Below are positions 34,893 through 47,120 of a stretch of DNA of 64,000 nucleotides, one piece after another. The notes below the pieces were generated by a model that was not told the DNA's origin, made no database searches, and was given only the letters and a program-made list of their open reading frames with translations. Both the position numbers and the translations under genes were made by a program. This DNA comes from Podarcis muralis (taxonomy: Eukaryota): the NCBI RefSeq assembly GCF_964188315.1, contig NC_135667.1:8556001-8620000 (forward strand). The letters are read 5' to 3'. Every line of letters begins with the position of its first letter. The stretch's first letter is position 1.

Positions 34893-35678
34893 AGCTCGGC
34901 TCTCCCGACATCCTGGTGATTCATTTAGGGGAGAATGACCTTGGCAACAAAAGGAGTGTGGACTTGCTGTCGAGCATAAAAAGAGACTTGAATGCATTTG
35001 CAGCCCTGTGTCCCAGAACAACAGTGTGCTGGTCCTCCTTCTTGAAAAGAACTGTGTGGCGCGGTGCGCAAGACTGTATGGCCATTGAAAGAACCAGGAA
35101 ACTCGTAAATCGGGCGGTAGCCCGTTGGGTGCGCTTTATGGATGGCCGAGTGATTTACCATGACCGTATCCGGATTAGCGACAAAGCTTTATACCGGGAT
35201 GACGGTGTCCACCTATCAGATCTTGGGAATGACTTCTGGTTAGCTAGTGTCATTAAAAACATCTGGGATTGGTTGCAGCTTTGAGGGTATTGGCGGCGAG
35301 CCTTTAGCTCGGGTGGCGGTTAGGCATTGGAATAATGTGTTGCGCTGTGTGGAAGTGCTAGGTGTGGCCATCGCCTATGCCTTCAATTTTTAGGGGTATT
35401 CCGTTAAAGGAATCTGGGGGTCGTGTATTCCGTCCGATGCCTGCTTGGCGGGAGGCCTTGGCACGACCCTCGGTGACAGCAGGGGTGAGCCTATAGTCGG
35501 ATTGGCATCGACAGGCTCCACCTACTGGTGAAGAACCCACTTGTTTCGATCCAATGCCTAAGCCAATACCTTTTAAATGCTGTAACCAATAAAGTTGTGG
35601 CCTTTTCCTAGCCCATTAACTTACATCACGTGTCCTTGTGTCTTCATTTCACTTCACCGGGGTCGGGTCCTCGAACCA
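34893..35678 (+). mobile_element. 3' fragment of an Ngaro/DIRS-like retroelement: SGNH hydrolase C-terminus plus terminal repeat
   Basis: ORF to 35284 contains PDILVIHLGENDLG (GxND block III) and DDGVHLS (DxxH block V). SGNH domains are known from vertebrate Ngaro elements. Terminal motifs are shared with the 17-kb remnant. Confidence 0.7.
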
Positions 35679-36238
35679 CAATATATGCCCCACAGATTTA
35701 AGAACAGGACAGAACAAATCATATGTTTGGATGGTCCCACAAAAAGAATAATAATACTAATAGTAATAAAAAACAACTTTTATTTATATCCTACCCTCCC
35801 TGGCTGAAGCCAGACTCAGGGCAGCTAACATAAAATATATAGCATGGGTATAAAATCAAACAGTAATGAAATTACCTCCTAAAAACAGGTCAGGATCAAA
35901 TTAAAATCTAATTAGATGGCTTTCCACAGGATTAGGGTTGGGAACAGTAAATGCTCATCAGGCCCAACTGTTTTCAACAGGCATCTAAAAGAACAAACTT
36001 ATTGTGAATGCCTAAAGTTATTAGCAGTTCCAAAAGTGTTGCCACATCTTAAAGGGAAATGGCATTGGAAGTGGCCTTAATCTCAAAATTTAGCACTCCT
36101 GTTTACCCAATGAAATCACTCTGAATTTCCTGTTGTCATTAGCTTACCAAGGAAAAGTCATTCGGTCACTGTGGTTTGTTGAGTTTATTCATTAGAAATT
36201 TTCCTCTGAATCTGTGAATTGATTAACGTCCTTTGCAG

Positions 36239-36331
36239 TATGGTGACAAAATTCTACCAGCACAGACTTGCCTTGGCAATGAGAATCCCATGATCTTACA
36301 CAATATCACTCTGGGGTTACATATATATGAT

Positions 36332-36333
<2 letters not shown>
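36239..36333 (+). pseudogene. orphan V2R exon-2 stub (copy 3)
   Basis: tttgcag|t ATG GTG ACA...; same ~19-bp deletion as copy 2; ends in (TAT)n 36333-36381. Confidence 0.82.
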
Positions 36334-36381
<48 letters not shown>

Positions 36382-36383
<2 letters not shown>

Positions 36384-36738
36384 AGGTAAAGGTAAAGGGA
36401 CCCCTGACCATTAGGTCCAGTCGTGGCAGACTCTGGGGTTGCGGTCCTCATCTTGCTTTATTGGCCAAGGGAGCCGGCGTACAGCTTCCGGGTCATGTGG
36501 CCAGCATGACTAAGCTGCTTCTGGCGAACCACAGCAGCGCACAGAAACGCTGTTTACCTTCCCACTGGAGCAGTACTTATTTATCTACTTGCACTTTGAT
36601 GTGCTTTTGAACTGCTAGGTTGGCAGGAGCAGGGACCGAACAACGGGAACTCACCCCAGCGCGGGGATTCAAACCGTTGACCTTCTGATCAGCATGGCCT
36701 AGGCTCTGTGGTTTAACCCATAGCGCCACCTGCGTCCC
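36382..36738 (-). mobile_element. Sauria SINE
   Basis: (AAAGGT)n tail at left; 5' end gggacgcaggtggcgct on the minus strand at right. Confidence 0.92.
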
Positions 36739-37561
36739 TATTATTATTATTAATAAGTATAATAATTATTATTATCATCATCAATAATAACCCCAACAAC
36801 AACAACCACTAACTATGCCTCCCCTGCTCTACTTCATATTTTCAGTGGTTTTTCTTACCCAGAATATGACCTTGAATTCTGATAATGTTTTGTGATAATC
36901 TGAATAGGGAACAGAGCAACATGAAGGTGTCAGACAGTATAAAGTAGACATGAAACCCTATGAAAATTTAGATTAGGTCTCTGTGGCCTTCCCTTTCTGG
37001 TCCCACTCACCAAAGTCTTAAAGTTTATGGAAGGTTACCCAGAAGAGAATTCATTAGTCAGGCTGAAAATGAAAGCCCACCCCTCCAATATACCAATAGC
37101 TCCTGTTGGTTCTTGCAACTGAATTGTCCTATTCATTTTTAAACTATAGCTTGATCTTATTGAGAAGGGTAGGATTTCATAATCCTACATTGCAGTTACT
37201 CAGACCACTGCAATTATTTCACCAGGTCAAAACTCCAGAGCAGTGGAGCAGTGGAAAAATCCAGAGCAGATTTTCCCCAGAAGCAACTAGAAAACAAGAA
37301 GCAAGTCTGAAAGTGGTTATAAGAAAATCTACCTATTCAATTCTTGATGCTGCATTCAAGGAATGCATATGTAACAATTTGATAATGAGCACTCACACTT
37401 TACACTGTGGGTGCACTTTACGGGATCGCATGCAATGCTTCGGACCCCGGGGAACTCACCAGTTTGTATGGGCTGGCCTGCCTCTCAGTGTTATTCTTTG
37501 GAGGCTCATGCCCAGCCTCAGCAGTCAAGTTACACTGCTGGGAGGTGGGGCCAGTCATATA

Positions 37562-37872
37562 CAGTGGTGCCTCGCAAGATGAAATTAATCCGTTCCGCGA
37601 GTCTCTTCGTCTTGCGGTTTTTTCGTCTTGCGAAGCACGGCTTAGCAGCTTAGCGGCTATTAGCGGCTTAGCGGCTTAGCGGCTATTAACGGCTTAGCGG
37701 CTTAGCGGCTTTAAGAAAAAGGAAACAAACTCGCAAGAACTCGCAAGACGTTTGGTCTTGCGAAGCAAGCCCATAGGGAAATTTGTCTTGCGGAACGACT
37801 CAAAAAACGGAAAACCCTTTCGTCTAGCGAGTTTTTCATCTTGCGAGGCATTCGTCTTGTGGGGCACCACTG
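37562..37872. mobile_element. Tigger/pogo-like MITE (family 2)
   Basis: TIR cagtggtgcctcgcaag / ggggcaccactg; TA TSD; same family in the opposite orientation at 51986-52340. Confidence 0.88.
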
Positions 37873-38126
37873 TAAATAGGGGGTGGAGCTGGTAGCAGCC
37901 AGGCAGTCAGCTAAGGAGCTTCACCCACCCAATCCTCTTTTTGTTTAATGTTTCTTGCTTACAGGTTGACCTTTTTCTTCCTGTTTAGTGAGCATGGCTA
38001 TGACCTTTTGACTGGTTGCTATTGAAGACCCGGGAAGAAATTTCCTTGCATTGGCAGGTTTTGTACTTCCCATAGCAATTCATCACCTTTATACCTTTCA
38101 TTACCTTTATACCTTTCATTACCTTT

Positions 38127-38480
38127 AAAGTATAACGGTAAAGGGAACCCTGACTGTTAGGTCCACTCTGGGACTTCCACTCTGGGGTTGCAGCGCTCAT
38201 CTCGCTTTACTGGCCGAGGGAGCCGGCGTACAGCTTCTGGGTCATGTGGCCAGCATGACTAAGCCGCTTCTGGTGAACCAGAGCAGCGCACGGAAACGCC
38301 GTCTACTTTCCCGCCGGAGCGGTACCTACCTACTTGCACTTTGAGGTGCTTTTGAACTGCTAGGTTGGCAGGAGCAGGGACCGAGCAACGGGAGCTCACC
38401 CCGTCGCGGGGATTCGAATCGCCGATGTTCTGATCGGCAAGTCCTAGGCTCTGTGGTTTAACCCACAGAGCCACCTGCAC
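38127..38480 (-). mobile_element. Sauria SINE
   Basis: Matches the 36382-36738 copy. Confidence 0.92.
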
Positions 38481-38987
38481 CTTGATCTTATTGAGAAGTG
38501 CTGAGTCCCATTTCCTTGAAGACAACTGGAGTAGAGAAGTGGTCCTAATCTCAAAATTTATAACTGCTCCTTTATATCCTGATGACAGTGTCTTCACTCA
38601 GAGTTTCCTGTTGTTCTTAGCACACCAAGGAAAAACCCTTCTGCCACTTTTTTCTTTCATCTAAGCAGCAGGATTGGGAGTAAAAAAATAAAAGTCTTAC
38701 TCTAAACTCTGAATAAGTAATTAATATTCCTATTCTGTAATTACTCAAATCACTGCAATTTCTTCACCAGGCCAAATTCCCAGTTGGCTTCCTGAAGGGA
38801 AAAAACAACAACAAGCAAGCCTAAAAGTGTTTAAAAAATAAGCTCATATGTTATGGAGAGCTAGTGTAGGGGGAGAGACAGACAGGGCTCTATGAATTCA
38901 ATTTAGGACAATATAATTTCTGTTACTTCTCAAGGAATGTATTTGTAACCCGTTGATGAAATGTTTATCATAAGCTAGGCTGTCAGG

Positions 38988-41900
38988 ATGTTGCTGCTAT
39001 TGGTGTTGCTGTTTCTAATAACTCCTGTTCCTATTATCTCTAATTCTATCCGCTGTCCCAGGAATAATCCTTTTCCTGTTCCACACGAGTGGTACCAGCC
39101 AGGTGAACTCATCATTGGTGGAGTTCTTTCTCAGAGCGTTTACAATTTCTATGAAATTTTGTATAAGGAACAACCATCAAAGAATGTGTTTGATGTTTCA
39201 TAGTAAGACTTTTCCATTCCTCCTCTGGATTTCCCTCTCCTTTCTTTAATGTCTTTCTGACAGGAATCCTAAAGAGGGATTCTTTTATCACTGACATTTT
39301 CAAGCTGAAATGGGAGCCATAATTTGCCTAAATACTGGAATAAAAGAAAACTTTCTTTCTATATTTTTTAAAACCTAGCTACTGTCAGAGTTTATTTGAA
39401 TCAAATTATGTATTTACAATTGCTTTACAGTATACCTATTGTGAGGAGTGGGGTGGAGAAGGGTGAAAATGCAAACAAATATACTACCACCTATTCTTAT
39501 TCAAGGTCCTTTAAAGTTTCATTGTGTGCTGGCTTGAATTGATTTCTTGGGTAAATTTTTACATCATGGTGAAAGTTATCCTATATGTAGGGTTTTGGAA
39601 ATTGGTTGAATTGTGTTGAGGCTGACAGGGATTGCGACAGTGTCCAGAGGAGGGCAACCAAAATGGTCAAAGGCCTGGAAACGATTAATCATATTAAGGG
39701 GTGATATGATAGCCATGTTCAAATATATAAAAGGATGTCACATAGACGAGGGAGAAAGGTTGTTTTCTGCTGCTCCAGAGAAGCGGACACGGAGCAATGG
39801 ATCCAAACTACAAGAAAGAAGATTCCACCTAAACATTAGGAAGAACTTCCTGACAGTAAGAGCTGTTTGACAGTGGAATTTGCAGCCAAGGAGTGTGGTG
39901 GAGTCTCCTTCTTTGGAGGTCTTTAAGCAGAGACTTGACAACCATATGTCAGGAGTGCTCTGATGGTGTTTCCTGCTTGGCAGGGGGTTGGACTCGATGG
40001 CCCTTGTGGTCTCTTCCAACTCTATGATTCTATGATTCTATGATTCTAGTTCAGGTTAGATAGCACAGGGAAACCTGAGATTGTCAAAATGGGGCAGTAG
40101 CCCAGAGAGGCTGACATTGGGCTAGAAAACCTAAATAAATAGGAGACTAATTTTGCCACCAACTGTGTCTTCCAGTGTGAAGGTAAGTCCATTGCCATCT
40201 GACTCCCCTTTCCTTCTGATGCACCACAGAATCAATGACTGTCCTTGGCTACAGTAGCCTACACACCTCGAACCTGTGGTTCTAATGTGCAAGCAAACTT
40301 TCTGCCCAAACCACAGCTGTATACTGATAAAAAAAGCTATCAGAATTCAATGGGACTTTCATGTAAGTCTGTATAACTTTGCAGCTTTCGGTTAAATGAA
40401 GTTGTCGCCTACTTAAGGAGAAACAGATTTATTTCATTTTTTTTCTTGATCAACTGTTATGGAAATGTCAAGCAATAGAAGAACAGCAGGTGTGTGAAAG
40501 TATCATGCAAAGCAGTAATGCCCTGATCATTAGACAGTATGGATTTTATTAGCATAGATGTGCTAATTACAAATGAAATCTTTTCATTTCAGTTTGAAAC
40601 AGAAGACGTCCAATATTGTAGTATGTTCATATCTGTAACTAATTTACTTTGATTGCAGTATGGTGCCAAAATTTTATCAGCACGTCCTAACATTGGCATT
40701 TGCTGTCAAAGAAGTCAATGAGAATCCCAACATCTTGCCCAACATCACACTTGGCTTCCACATCTATGACAGCTATTATGATGCAAGGATGACCTACCGC
40801 ACGACTCTTGACCTCCTCTTCAAAATGAAGACATTTGTTCCCAACTACAAATGTGACACTCAGAAAACCCTCATATCCACCATTGGGGGACTTGGCCATG
40901 GTACCACCTTCCATATGGCAGACACATTAGGTCTCTATAAGATTCCACAGGTAGGAGGTACCGGTATGAAGGGGCCAATGATAATCTTTTCTTTCTGCCT
41001 CTCTGGGTTGCTTCCATGTTTGTTCTCCCCAGAGCAAACCTATTGGGAAGTATTCTACTCAGCAGTTTTACTCAGAACAGACTCATCAAAATTATTGCCT
41101 CTACCTTAGTCATGATCCTTAATTTAAAATCTAGATCTATACAAGCCTGCATCTTTCTCCCATATTCCTTCTAGATTGCCTTTTCTGTTTTATTTCTAGG
41201 GATGTGAGAGCTTAGAATTTGTGGAATAAAAAGCCAAATGCTACAGGATGAATGTTTTCCATATGATTTGAGATTATATTCACATTTTCTTTCAGTTTGC
41301 ATATGGTTCATTTCCCCCAATGGAGAGTGATGCAAGACAGCTTCCTTCCTTTTACCGCATGGTGCCCAATGAAGCCCACCAGTTTCTTGGGATTATCCGC
41401 TTGCTTAAGCATTTTGGATGGAAGTGGATCGGACTCATTGCTCTGAACGATAACAGTGGAGACCATTTCTTGCAGACCCTGGAGCCATTGCTATCTCAAA
41501 ATGGAATTTGCTCAGCCTTTACACAAATAATTTCAATACAACCCCACTTTGATAATGTGGATGAAATGCATGATATTGCTTTAAATATGTATGTGAAAAT
41601 AAGAGACAATAAAGTCACTATACTTATTGTTTATGGAGAATCTCGGGCAATAATATCATTGAGACTTATTATATTTCTACCAGATCCTACAAATAAAGAA
41701 AACACATCATTTAAAAAGGTATGGATCTTTACAGCACAGACAGATTTCATATCTATGGGTCTTCTTAAGGTTTGGAATGTTCTGCTATTCCAGGGTTCCC
41801 TTTCCTTCACAATTCATTCCCAAAATCTTCCAGCATTCAAGGCATTTCTTCAAAGCATAAAGCCTTCCCAGAGCCAGGGAGATGGTTTCATCAAAGGCTT

Positions 41901-44900
41901 CTGGGAGCAAGCATTTGACTGTATTCTTCCCAATTTCGATGTACCATTGGAAGACAGTGATATGTGTACTGGGGAGGAGAGATTGCAGAGTCTTCCAAGG
42001 TCTCTGTTTGAAATGAGCATGACTGGTCACAGCTACAGTATCTATAATGGTGTCTATGTTGTGGCTCATGCCTTGCATAACATTCACTCACGTAGATCCA
42101 AGCAGAGAGGAATGGGGAAAAGTGAAAGATTAAAACTTCAGGATCTGGAGCCTTGGCAGGTAATGTTCTGTGAATGAATGGAAGCAAAACTTACCATTAT
42201 CTGCATGACCAGAGTCATGTAACAGAAAACTTTATATACAATTGCGACTTAAAACATTATTGCTTGGTTATACAATAAAACTATTGCTATTTAGAAGTCA
42301 TCTGAGGGCAGCCCTGTATTGAGATGTTTTTAATGTTTGATTACATTTTTATAAGTGTTGGAAGACTCCCAGCGTGGATGTCGCAACCCTGCCAGACGGC
42401 TGTGGTATAAATAATATACGATGATTATGATTATGATAATGATAAGATGGTATGCCAGAAAATAATCAGGAAATAATGTTCAACCTCATAACTGCTGCTG
42501 GGACTACAAAATAATAATAATATCTGAATGGTTGGAGAAAATCTGGTGAATAGTAACTTTGATTGCACCAACTTATACATATAAACCAGCCTAACAGCTC
42601 TATGCAAAAAATCATATTTTTTGTTATGTTTTGGAATAACAAGTTCAATTATAATGTCCAAATGTGTCCTGCTTTCAACCTGTCATAATAGTATTTATTT
42701 TGGCTGTCTTTATTTTACTTATTTTTTTAAATAAGATTTTTTTTTACAAAAATAGGACTTTATTACATTAGGATCCAGAGGTATGGAAAATTGTATTCAC
42801 TGAAAAAGACAAATATGAGCACTTTATGTACTTAATTCTGCCAAATATTTTTTTGTTATAGTTTTTCATCATACTATAACAACTTCAAAAACTACATACA
42901 AAACAGGTAGAAATCGGAGTCCTCTCCTAGAGGCAATTCACAGCTCTCACCTGAGATCCCTACTTTCCCCTCCCTGCCTCTCACTCGGGGGGGGGGGGCA
43001 AATACTTCCCTCTTTCGCACCTAGGGTCCGCCATGACCAAGCACCACCCCATGATCAGTTAATCCGTGGACCTTAGCAAGGACCCCACATATAGGACTTC
43101 AAAGGAAACAAGAAACAAGAAGAAGAAAAGAGAGAGAAAGAACAACTAAAGGAGAAAATAAAGGGAAAGGAATATTAGAGATGAATAAAAAAGGCTTCCA
43201 ATGCATAATAAAGACTCTATCTGTTGTGTCAAAATCACAGATATTTCACACATGTTCTTTGTTAACTGAAGCTACGTTACTATAACCAAATAAGATTCAT
43301 GAAGAAATGTTTCTGTAAACCATGGCACTTTATTCAAAATCTCATTTATGCTATTTCCCATTCAACTCCATTTTCTCTTCCTATTAGCTGCACACTGTTC
43401 TTCAAGACATTTCATTTAACAACTCAGCTGGAGAAACCGTGTCCTTTACTGATCAAAGAGAAGTGGGAGGGGGATTTGACATCATGAACATAGTCACGTT
43501 CCCAAACAGGTCCTTCCTTCGATTGAAGATTGGATGGGTTGATTCTGATGCAGATGATGGAAAAGAATTCATCATTAATGAGGACATGATTTTATGGCAC
43601 AATGATTTTAACCAGGTCTGGAATCTAGGCAGGGGTGCCAACTTGAATAAAATACTGGGGCGGGTAACCCCCACCCTGCATAATCGATTGCTCATGAACA
43701 CCTTTTGAATAGCAGTGCCCATCACCTCTGGGAGAGGGCAGGCCCCTCAATTATTTTATTGAGGGTGTATGTGAAGGGAACTTGGCCCCTAGAAATTGGC
43801 ATGTATTACTCTAGGGTTTACTTGTGGGCCCCACATTCTCGGATTTATGAGCACACTGATATACTCCTCCACTAAATTCTTGTTTAAAAGACTTGTACAA
43901 TGGCCTCTTAAGCCTGTGGAGCAGAGTATGCATCACTTTTTAGGTTAACTTGTTTCATTCACTTTGAGTATGGGGCCTTAAAGGCAGAATTAATAATAAT
44001 AATAATAATAATAAAGTCTTACTAAATACTGATATGGTTAGGAGAGTGACATAAGTTTTGAATATCTGTCACATATGGTCTTTCCATTATAAAGTTTCTG
44101 ATTTCTGAAATGGCCCTAGTTTTATCTGTATCTTGTATTTGCCTCTTTCATTCCAATTTCTTAATACAAAGGGGCTGATGGTTGGACTATATATGAAGAA
44201 GCGGTCCTGTGCCAATGTTTATGGGATGAGAGATCACCTTTCTTATTTGAACTTTAGAAGCTGAAATTTTCCTTCAAAGATTTCTCCCTTCTGAAATTAT
44301 TTCCTGTTTATTGATAGGGGATGCCAATTTCTGTGTGCAATGACTACTGCCATGCGGGCTATCAGAAGAAAAGGAAGGAAGGGCAGAAATTTTGCTGCTA
44401 TGATTGTACTCCATGTCCAGAAGGGAAGATTTCAAACCAGAATGGTATGTGACAGTTTTCATTGTACAAGAATAGCAAATCTCTGTGGGAAAAAGTTAAA
44501 TTATTATTATCATTTGTTTCATTTCTATACAGCTTTATATTTTTAAGAAAAATCTCAAAGTGGTTTACAGCATATTTAATAAAGCAATCCAGAATCAAAC
44601 ATTTCCAAAGAAAGTCAAATACAAAGTATATAGTCAAAACAGCATAATTAACAGGAAATTAAAATGTTATCTTAAATATTTCAAAATAGAACATTACAAA
44701 AGAGGTCAACTATAGATTACATATTTAATTACATACATACACACAGTGGTACCTCGGGTTAAGTACTTAATTCGTTCCGGAGGTCCATACTTAACCTGAA
44801 ACTGTTCTTAACCTGAAGAACCACTTTAGCTAATGGGGCCTCCTGCTGCTGCCGCGCTGCCAGAGCACAGTTTCTGTTCTCATCCTGAAGCAAAGTTCTT

Positions 44901-46871
44901 AACCTGAAGCTCTATTTCTGGGTTAGCGGTGTCTGTAACCTGAAGCGTATGTAACCCAAGGTACCACTGTACATACATACTGTATATACATACATACTAT
45001 GCTGTGCACCACACTATCCACCTTGGAGTGGTGTGAATAATTTATTGCTACTTTCCACTAACATCTCATCAAAGCCTACAAAAACCAAAGAGCCTGGTGA
45101 AATCCCATGCAGGTGGATCTAAAATTAAGATTTCATTGTACACATAATTTAAGTGAAGCTGTCAAGTCAAGTAGTAAAATGGTACAAAAGTTGCAGATTT
45201 GCAAATGATGTGTGTAGTCAGAATGAAACATGCTAGACATCATCATGGGTGAAATTAGGTCAGAACCTTATCCATTATGCTTTAGGGAAGAGGAAATATC
45301 ATGGCACTAATTACAACCAGCATTTGCTGTTTGAATGGCATTCCACTTGATGATGGAATGGCATTCCACTTGATGATGTACTCAACATCCTTCAGAGCTG
45401 AACAAGGTTGGAACTTTGTATTTGGCAAGACAAGCATCCAAGTTCCAAGTAGGGAACTGCATATGTATGTGGGTGGAAATAGGCAACACTGGGCCCAATC
45501 GGACCTAGTGGCATGCCTTTCTCTTATCACTCATTAGGCCCTTTACAGTCTGCCTTATTGATGTGAGTTTCTGCCCATCATTTTGATAAAGGCTTTAGAA
45601 TGCCTAGCAATGGCTACTGGAAGGAAAGGCAAAAACACCCTAACCTGGAGACAATTAAATATGGGAGCAAAATTCATCCCCCCCACAGTTAACTGTCCAC
45701 CCAAAAAAACCAAGGTTCCACTAACTCTGCCATCTTGGTGCCATTGGTCAAAGACCCCCACCCTGCTGGGTGCACAGCATGGCTACTTAAAATGATTTAA
45801 TCAAACCTATGTCAGATTCTACAGGAAAGCAATGGGTAATTCAAATATACAACCAGCTATCTGCCGTAAGGAAGGTTCAAAAGAGATCAGCAGGATCAAT
45901 AATGGCTTCGTAGTAGGCAAAAAACACAGATGAATTGCAAATGGAGTTTAACTTTCTTCTATTTGTCAGATATGGCTCACTGCTTCAGATGCCCTGAAGA
46001 TCAGTATGCAAACAAGAAGAAAAATGGATGCATCCCTAAAACTATCAACTTTCTTTCTTATGAAGAACCTTTAGGGATCAGCTTGGCCTCACTTGCTCTT
46101 TCTTTTTCCCTGATCACAACATTGGTGCTTGCAACGTTTATTCAGCACAAAGACAGTCCCATTGTCAAAGCCAACAACAGGGGTCTCACCTACAGTCTCC
46201 TCATCACCCTCATATTCTGCTTCCTTTCATCTCTTCTATTCATTGGACACCCTGGCAAAATGACTTGCCTTCTTCGCCAAACAACTTTTGGCATCATCTT
46301 CTCTGTGGCAGTTTCCTGTGTGTTGGCCAAAACCATCACCGTAGTTGCAGCTTTCATGGCCACCAAGCCTGGGTCCAGTATGAGGAAGTGGATGGGGAAA
46401 AGACTGACCAATTCTGTTATCCTTTCCTGCTCCCTCGTTCAAGTGATTATTTGTACTGGGTGGTTGATGACCTCTCCACCATTCCCTGCTCTTGACATGC
46501 ACTCGGTCATGGAAGAAACCATTGTGCAATGTATTGAAGGCTCAGTGACCATGTTTTACTGTGTCTTGGGCTACATGGGCCTCCTGGCTATTGCCAGCTT
46601 CATTGTGGCATTTGCAGCTCGCAAATTGCCAGACAGTTTTAATGAAGCCAAGTTCATTACCTTCAGCATGTTGCTGTTTTGCAGTGTTTGGTTGTCTTTT
46701 GTCCCAACCTACCTGAGCAACAAAGGGAAATCCATGGTGGTGGTGGAGATCTTCTCCATCTTGTCCTCCAGTGCTGGATTGTTGGTCTGCATCTTTGCCC
46801 CTAAATGCTACATCATTATTCTGAAGCCAGAGCTGAACAACAGGGAGCAACTGATAAGGAGAAGGATGTAA
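38988..46871 (+). CDS. V2R gene D, 875 aa; exons 38988..39202, 40659..40950, 41296..42159, 43388..43615, 44318..44444, 45970..46871
   Basis: Exon lengths 215/292/864/228/127/902; GT-AG junctions; open frame; V2R motifs. Confidence 0.93.
39640..40047 (+). mobile_element. CR1 LINE 3' fragment
   Basis: ...[17 protein letters not shown]; 3' stem ggggttggactcgatggccct; (ATTCTATG)n tail. Confidence 0.92.
44744..44969. mobile_element. Tigger/pogo-like MITE
   Basis: TIR cagtggtacctcggg / ccaaggtaccactg+TA. Confidence 0.88.
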
Positions 46872-46933
46872 ATTCAACCTTCCTTCTTGTTTCTCTTCCA
46901 TTGTTATACAGAAGGGATTTTAGTATTAAAGTG

Positions 46934-47120
46934 AAAACAAAAAAAATTCCTTCCAGTAGCACCTTAAAGACCAACTAAGTTAGTTCTTGGTATGAGCTTT
47001 CGTGTGCATGCACACGAAAGCTCATACCAAGAACTAACTTAGTTGGTCTTTAAGGTGCTACTGGAAGGAATTTTGTTTTGTTTTGACTATGGCAGACTAA
47101 CACGGCTACCTATCTGTAAC
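46934..47120. mobile_element. Penelope-like (Neptune-type) palindromic pLTR remnant
   Basis: ~75-bp inverted arms centred on gtgtgcatgcacac (47002-47015); 13-bp TSD tagtattaaagtg. Confidence 0.8.

Larger units (their letters stand above)
37168..38480. other. 1.3-kb composite insertion flanked by an 18-bp duplication (37150-37167 / 38481-38498)
   Basis: cttgatcttattgagaag on both sides; uninterrupted single copy in B at ~7530-7547. Confidence 0.8.

Noticed and set aside
37106-37653. 158-aa ORF and overlapping ORFs
   Set aside because: Crosses the insertion junction, an upstream-element relic and repeat sequence; no protein motif recognised
37640-37712. Short GCGGCTTA/GCGGCTATT repeats resembling an array
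   Set aside because: Internal minisatellite of a Tigger-like MITE; no spacers, so not CRISPR-like
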